Shown one piece after another: positions 57,391-64,000 of a DNA stretch of 64,000 nucleotides. The translations under genes and the position numbers were made by a program. Source of the DNA: Eledone cirrhosa (taxonomy: Eukaryota); the NCBI GenBank assembly GCA_964016885.1, contig OZ024763.1:25668001-25732000 (forward strand), read 5' to 3'. Every line of letters begins with the position of its first letter. Position 1 is the stretch's first letter. A model generated the notes under the pieces. The model was given only the letters and a program-made list of their open reading frames with translations. It did not search any database and was not told the DNA's origin.

Positions 57391-57730
57391 TGGAGGCACA
57401 TGGCTTAGTGGTTAGAGCATTGGCCTTGCAATCGAAAGGTTGTGAGTTCAATTCTCAAACCGGGTGATGCGTTGTTTCCTTGAGCAAGACACTTTATTTC
57501 ACATTGCTCCAGTTTACTCAGCTGTAGAAATGAGATGATAGGGACTGGGGTTCCTATCATTCCACTGCAAAGTGGTCGTGGAGGTGCTACGGCAAAAAAG
57601 CACCCAGCACTCACTGTAAATGAGGTTGGTGTTAGGAAGGGCATCCAGCTGTAGAAATCATGCCAGAATCAGTTCCCGTCCCACCCTTGCAAGCAGGGAA
57701 AAGTGGACGTAAAATGAAATGAAAATGAAA
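57391..57730 (+). mobile_element. full-length SINE family B
   Basis: Head to tail intact. Confidence 0.88.
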
Positions 57731-58226
57731 TATATATAGCAATAATAATAAATTTGAAGACTAAATCTTTAATTCAAACATTTTAAATCTTAAACTTTAA
57801 TCTGTTATTTTAATAAATATATACCACTTTATTTCACATTGCTCCTTCTACCTGGAGTTGCGACCGATAGATAGTATTAGCAACGGAAACAGTGTTTCCT
57901 CAGTCCAATTTGACGAAAGTCGATCGACTGTCGATATACATACATGTATATGTATACATACATGTATATGTATACATACATGTATATATACATACATGTA
58001 TATATGTATACATACATATATATATACATACATATATATATGTATACATACATATATATATATGTATACATACATATATATATATACAAATATATATATA
58101 CATATACATACATATACATATATATATACATACGTGCATACATACATATATATATATATATATATACACACACATACGCATATACATACATACATACATA
58201 CATACATACATACATACATACATACA

Positions 58227-58258
<32 letters not shown>

Positions 58259-58330
58259 GGAAAATGTTTGAATTCCTTGGTACAGTTAGGTATATATGCA
58301 GTTATATATATATATATATACATATATATG

Positions 58331-58369
<39 letters not shown>

Positions 58370-58399
58370 GTATCTGTATATATATATATATACACATAC

Positions 58400-58454
<55 letters not shown>

Positions 58455-58465
58455 TATATACACAC

Positions 58466-58498
<33 letters not shown>

Positions 58499-58574
58499 AA
58501 TATATATATGTATGTATATATGTATGTATATATATATGTATGTATATATATATGTATGTATATATATATGTATG

Positions 58575-58614
<40 letters not shown>

Positions 58615-58659
58615 TATGTATGTATATATATATATGTATGTATATATATATGTATGTAT

Positions 58660-59340
58660 GTTTTCTCTTTCTCTTAATTTTGAGTATATTTTTTGACCGG
58701 CCACCTTCCTGGTGGCAAGGTTGTAAAAGAAAAGAAATTGTCATCCCTTGAATCGCAAGAATGTTTTGCAAATTTTGAAGGTGCCAGCTATCGCAGCCAT
58801 TTGTAGACTATGAATTAGGGAGCTGCGCTTTTTGTCCGCAAATCCAAGTTCAGTCATACTTTGGTCCAAGCGGGTTGGTATATAACCCGTAGCACCAATA
58901 ATGATGGGTATGAAGCTAAAGGTGTATCTTGGATACTGGATTTGTAAACTCCTCATCAATGGTCCGTAGATGTCCTCCTTCTCCTGTATTTTTCTGACAA
59001 CGTTTACATCAAGTGGGCAGCTGATCTCCACAACAGAACACGTTTTCAATGTGTGGTCCCAAACTACAATATCAGGCCGGTTGTGCTTTAATTTGGTGGC
59101 AGTTTTTATTTTCAGGTTCCACCAGTATTCCTTAGTGCCATCTGTCTCAATATATTCTTCCTCGTTTGTTGTTGATTTTGTTTTCCGAAGTGCGTTCCAG
59201 ATGGTTCTAGCTATCCCATCGTGTCTCATGGGGAGGTAGTAGCGAGATGACATTCTTTCGCAGCTGGCAACAATGTGGCTTACATCCTCGATCTTTGTTT
59301 TACATAGCCTACATTTATTGTCAGCTGCTGGCCCTCCTCT
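58660..59340 (-). mobile_element. 5'-truncated site-specific-type non-LTR retrotransposon (restriction-like endonuclease; R4/Dong-like) with 3' UTR
   Basis: Uninterrupted ~200 aa: CRLC-x8-H-x4-C zinc knuckle, RHD, RPDIV, VVEISCP, KEDIY, stop at 58741; the N-terminal YIH-rich part of the listed ORF is only microsatellite. Confidence 0.88.
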
Positions 59341-59528
59341 ATGTATGTATGTATATATATATGTATGTATGTATATATGTATGTATGTATATATATATAT
59401 GTATGTATGTATATATATATATGTATGTATATATATATGTATGTATGTATATATATATGTATGTATGTATATATATATATGTATGTATATATATATGTAT
59501 GTATGTATATATATATGTATGTATGTAT

Positions 59529-59569
<41 letters not shown>

Positions 59570-59693
59570 TGTATGTATATACATACATATATATATACAC
59601 ATGCACACTCACACACACATATATATATATATTGGAAAATGTGTGAAATCCTTGGTAGTTAGGTATATATATATATATATATATATACACAGT

Positions 59694-59784
<91 letters not shown>

Positions 59785-60204
59785 CCCCCCCCATACACAC
59801 ATATATATACATATATAGTGAGAGAGAATACTTTATAATCATATAATGCCAGGAGAGGTCCCACCGAAACAAATTAAATTGTGTGATTGTGAAGTGATCA
59901 TCTTATCAACACAGCCATGTCTGTTAACAAATACCATGTCTATTTATTTACAAATTCACACTCTTGAATAAATAATTCACATCTCAGTTGCTCTTTGCTT
60001 TCGTTAGAAACTTTGTTTGTCATTTTAAACTAGACTGACCAAATTTGGGAATATGTACCCCACTTGTAAGTTGTCCCCACTTGAAATGGTTTGACATGCG
60101 AAACAAATGCACCTGGTACACTCTGTAAAGTGGTTGATCAAACATGAAAAGACAACACATGGTCGAGATGAGGACCTTTTAATCTGGTTGAGGCCATGGA
60201 ATCT

Positions 60205-60615
60205 GACTGAGAGCATGACAACATCTGTAAGGCCGGTCTCTCGTGAAAAAATGGACCCACTACACTCTGTAAAGTAGTACTGCTGGTCTCTTGAGAAAAT
60301 GCACCCAGCACACTCTGTAAAGTGGTAATGCAGGTCTCTCGAGAAAATGCACCCAGTACACTCTGTAAAGTGGTAATGCTGGTCTCTCGAGAAAATGCAC
60401 CCAGTACACTCTGTAAAGTGGTAGTGCTGGTCTCATGAGAAAATGCACCCAATACACTGTGTAAAGTGATACTGCTAGTTCCATTATAAAATGCACCAAG
60501 TACACTCTGTAAAGTGGTAGTGTTGGTGCCTCAATAAAATACACCCAGTACACTCTATAATGTAGTAGTGTTGGCCTCATGATAAAATACACCCAGTACA
60601 CTCTGTAAAGTACTT
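60205..60615 (+). repeat. ~52-bp tandem repeat, ~7 copies, SINE-body derived
   Basis: AAATGCACCCAGTACACTCTGTAAAGTGGTA unit. Confidence 0.85.
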
Positions 60616-60689
60616 GGTAAGCAAGTGCGGACAACATAGGATTAAGAGAAACCTTTAATTTGATTGTGGACATGACAACTTCTATAGTA

Positions 60690-61068
60690 CTGTCTCAGGA
60701 AAAAATTGCTGGACAGATTTTATGGGCAAAACCAACCGGCAGGAGACCCAGGGGTAGACCCCCCAAGCAACATGGCTGGATAACATCCATGAGCTTGGCT
60801 GGTCTCGTTTGGGGATCCAACCGGATCAGTTGGAGACGGTTGCTTCTGATAAGACCTGCTGGGGGGGAGTGTTTAAGGGCTCTGCCTCCACGACCTTCTC
60901 AGGAATAAGTGGGAGAAGAGATGGTTGGATAACATCCATGAGCTTGGCTGGTCTTGTTTGGGAATCCAGCCGGATCAGTTGGAGACGGTTGCTTCTGACA
61001 GGACCCGCTGGGGGGTGTGTTTGAAGACACTCCCCCAACCTCCCTCACAGGAATAAGTGGGTAAAGAA
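60690..61068 (+). mobile_element. RTE LINE 3' end with tandem duplication
   Basis: KPTGRRPRGRP peptide; 60777-60915 repeated at 60926-61065. Confidence 0.7.
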
Positions 61069-62081
61069 GAAATAGTTTCTCTTGATTTTTTTTTTTTTTT
61101 TTCTTTTCTATATATATTTGTTCATTCATTTCTTTGTTTAAATTCTGGCACTTTCCTAATTAGTCAGTCAGTCATTATTTTATTTTATTACATTATATTA
61201 TTATTGTTATTGTTTTGTTATGTTTTTATATATATTTTATTTTTACATTTTTTCATTGTTAAATTGGTTTTGATATTGTGTATTTTCACTCAATCTTATT
61301 AGAAAACCTTCACTGTCTCTGTCTTTGTATTGTCCCCTACATGTCGGTCCTTGTGGCCAATGAAATCATCATCATCATCATCATCAATATTATTATTATT
61401 ATCATTATTATTATTAGTTTTTTTTCTGTTTTGTTTTTTTACTAATTGCAGGTTTCATTGAGGTAAATCATTATTAGTTCTTATTTGTCATAGATGATGG
61501 CTCAGCTCTCGTGCCAAAACAAAACCATTATAGTTTCCGTTTTTCCGTTCCTTTGTCTGGAAAAAACAATCAGACAAGCAAATCACAAGTGTTTTAACCC
61601 TTTTGATTGATTCAAAACTGTCTGAAACAGGCGCTTTGTATCTACGATACAAAACTGTTTGTTTTAAAGTGTTTATATTTATTTAAAAACCTTCCATCAT
61701 AATTTTATGTTCTAAACACCAGCTTAACCCTTTTGATGCAAAACTGTTTATTTTAAAACCTTCTATCATAATTTTATATAAGAGCCTTTGTTAAGTTATG
61801 TTCCAAACACAGTTTTATGATCCAAAACCGTTGAAGACATATCTGTATGTGTAGTTCTTTTTATATGTTGATTTATAAAGAGCCCGGAATATATATTCCT
61901 TGAGCTCCCAAAATTATAGGGGATTAACGTGAGTTTTTAACTCCGTTACTTAATTTGTAATATATATATTTATGTTACTTTGAAGGAGAAAACTCTTAGT
62001 GTGAAGTTTGGGTTTGAAATAAATTTTTTGTGACATCAGTCCTGGAACTTTTCTGACACACCTCATATATATATATATATA

Positions 62082-62180
62082 GTAGTAGTAGTTCCACAAC
62101 AGTTAGTTCACCATACCGAGAACAAATGTTTCTCGTTATTACTCGGTATGGTGAACTAACTGTTGTGGAACTACTACTAC
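62082..62180. repeat. perfect 39-bp-arm hairpin with 21-nt loop
   Basis: 62082-62120 is the exact reverse complement of 62142-62180. Confidence 0.95.
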
Positions 62181-62290
62181 CAAACTCGTCCCATGGACTA
62201 AGTGCTCTACTACTACGGATATAACATTCCAGTGTTCTACTATTATATATATATTAAAATATGTTATCAAACACTTATTCACTTCATAAT

Positions 62291-62334
62291 TCGATTTACA
62301 ATTGTTTCATCCGCGCGGGACTTATCAAAACCGA
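62291..62334 (-). ncRNA. type I hammerhead motif with U3-A8 compensatory core
   Basis: TCGGTT-TTGATAA-GTCC-CGCGC-GGAT-GAAA-CAATTG-TA-AATCGA. Confidence 0.7.
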
Positions 62335-62452
62335 TTATTTTATAAATAATTACCTCTGTGTATGTATGTCTGTCTGTCTGTCTGTGTGTATGTGTGTTTG
62401 TGTGTCTGTGTCTCTGTTTGTGTGTGTGTGAAAACGAATTTCTTTACATATA

Positions 62453-62678
62453 TATTGCAAGAGATGTCAACATGAATGGACCTGTTATTTTTATCTAAAG
62501 ACATTTTTTCCAATTCCAACCCGCCTGTCGCCTCAACCTATCTTATTTCTCATTCTTTCTTCTGATGGAGGACTAGCATCCGAAACGTTAAGACCCTCTT
62601 CCTGCTATATCAAGTGTTAACCTAATATATTCCTTCCATATACTGTACAGATTGTGTTGTTATTTCTGTTTACCTTTT

Positions 62679-62680
<2 letters not shown>
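62453..62680 (+). mobile_element. short hammerhead-bearing element (A9G ribozyme variant at 62558-62593)
   Basis: Colinear with 25645; TCTT-CTGATGG-AGGACTAGCATCC-GAAACGTT-AAGA; ends TTTACCTTTTAC-(AC)n. Confidence 0.75.
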
Positions 62681-62713
<33 letters not shown>

Positions 62714-62881
62714 ATATAGAAATGGCTTCTACAGGATTAGAACTGTTTCATTCACACAAAGTAAAATATTTCGTTTTAATCATTTTCTAAACCAGAAAAA
62801 AGAGAGAAATAATAAAAAGGGAAAAAAAAATATTTTTCTTCCTAATAATCGTCTTTTTCTCTGTTTTCATATATATATATG

Positions 62882-63207
62882 TGGAGGCGCATGGCTTAGT
62901 GGTTAGAGCATTGGCCTTGCAATCGAAAGGTTGTGAGTTCAATTCTCAGACCGGGTGATGAGTTGTTTCCTTGAGCAAGACACTTTATTTCACGTTGCTC
63001 CAGTTTACTCAGCTGTAGAAATGAGATATGGACTGAGATCCCTATCATTCCACTGCAAAGTGGTCGTGGAGGTGCCACGGCAAAAAAGCACCCGGCACTC
63101 ACTGTAAATGAGGTTGGGCATCCAGCTGTAGAAATCAAGCCAGAATCAGTTCCCGTCCCACCCTTGCAAGCAGGGAAAAGCAGACATAAAATGAAATGAT
63201 GAAATGA

Positions 63208-63210
<3 letters not shown>
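62882..63210 (+). mobile_element. SINE family B
   Basis: Head to tail, with a small deletion. Confidence 0.85.
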
Positions 63211-63252
<42 letters not shown>

Positions 63253-63303
63253 TATGTAGTGACGAAACATAAGTCAATTGCATGATCTCATAATCCTTTA
63301 TTT

Positions 63304-63359
63304 ACTGCTATATATATTTCGATGATGGCCATTGAATGGCTATGACCTCATCAGGCAGT
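63304..63359 (-). ncRNA. canonical-core type I hammerhead motif
   Basis: ACTGC-CTGATGA-GGTCATAGCCAT-TCA-ATGGCCATCATC-GAAA-TATATA-TA-GCAGT, followed immediately by AATAAA. Confidence 0.8.
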
Positions 63360-63719
63360 TAGTCAGTTCTTAGATATGCCAGCTGTGTGTGTATAGTGTT
63401 GATGGTATCAGAGCCTTGGGACATATATATATATATATAATTATCACATATATATATATAATTATCATCGTTTAACGTCTATCTTCCACTCTAGCATGGG
63501 TTTATATATATATATATATATAGATAGGTATGAAGATAAGTAGAAAGGAAGACAGGTAGTTAGGTAGGCACCTGTAAAGAACTGGTTAGGTAAGTAAACC
63601 AGGTGATGGCACGTTGCAGGAACACCAACCTGTGACACTGTGACACCTTCCATTGGAGAAAGTTGGACAAATATTTAACTATTTAGCACACAGTCAATAT
63701 TATTGTAGTTGATATATTT

Positions 63720-63842
63720 TTCTGAGTTCAAATCCCACCAAGGTTGACTTTGCCTTTCATCCTTACGGGGTCGATAAAATAAAGTACCAGTAATGCACTG
63801 GGTAATTTGCTGGCCTTGTGCCTAAAGTAGAAACAATTATTG
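63720..63842 (+). mobile_element. 5'-truncated family A SINE
   Basis: B box, core and tail. Confidence 0.8.
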
Positions 63843-63855
63843 TAGTTGATATATT

Positions 63856-63955
<100 letters not shown>

Positions 63956-64000
63956 TTCTCACTCTCTCTCTTTATCTCTCTCTCTCTCTCTCTCTCTCTC

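Noticed and set aside
57391-57465. tRNA gene
   Set aside because: The tRNA-like head continues directly into a SINE body in every full-length copy; no proper acceptor stem or terminator
59830-59895. GGT-CCC-ACC-GAAAC with flanking complementary arms as a hammerhead
   Set aside because: No recognisable CUGANGA core and no valid NUH site

Overview
Eukaryotic, gene-poor, extremely repeat-rich DNA. The SINE, MITE and microsatellite content strongly suggests a coleoid cephalopod such as Octopus (inference). No host protein-coding gene can be supported; almost all listed ORFs are translated microsatellites. The window holds a 4.4-kb 35-bp satellite, a 6-kb 47-bp minisatellite, a 12x112-bp array grown inside a retroelement 3' region, two tRNA-headed SINE families, RTE/Tx1/R4-like LINE 3' fragments, piggyBac-like and Tc1/pogo-like MITEs, and a 200-N gap. 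The most notable hidden signal is about a dozen minimal type I hammerhead-ribozyme motifs on both strands. They have self-complementary stem III sequences, several sit in long fold-back inverted repeats embedded in (TA)n/(CA)n tracts, and one carries a compensatory U3-A8 core. They look like terminal repeats of Penelope-like elements or short non-autonomous ribozyme-bearing retroelements. All folds and alignments were done by eye and boundaries are approximate.
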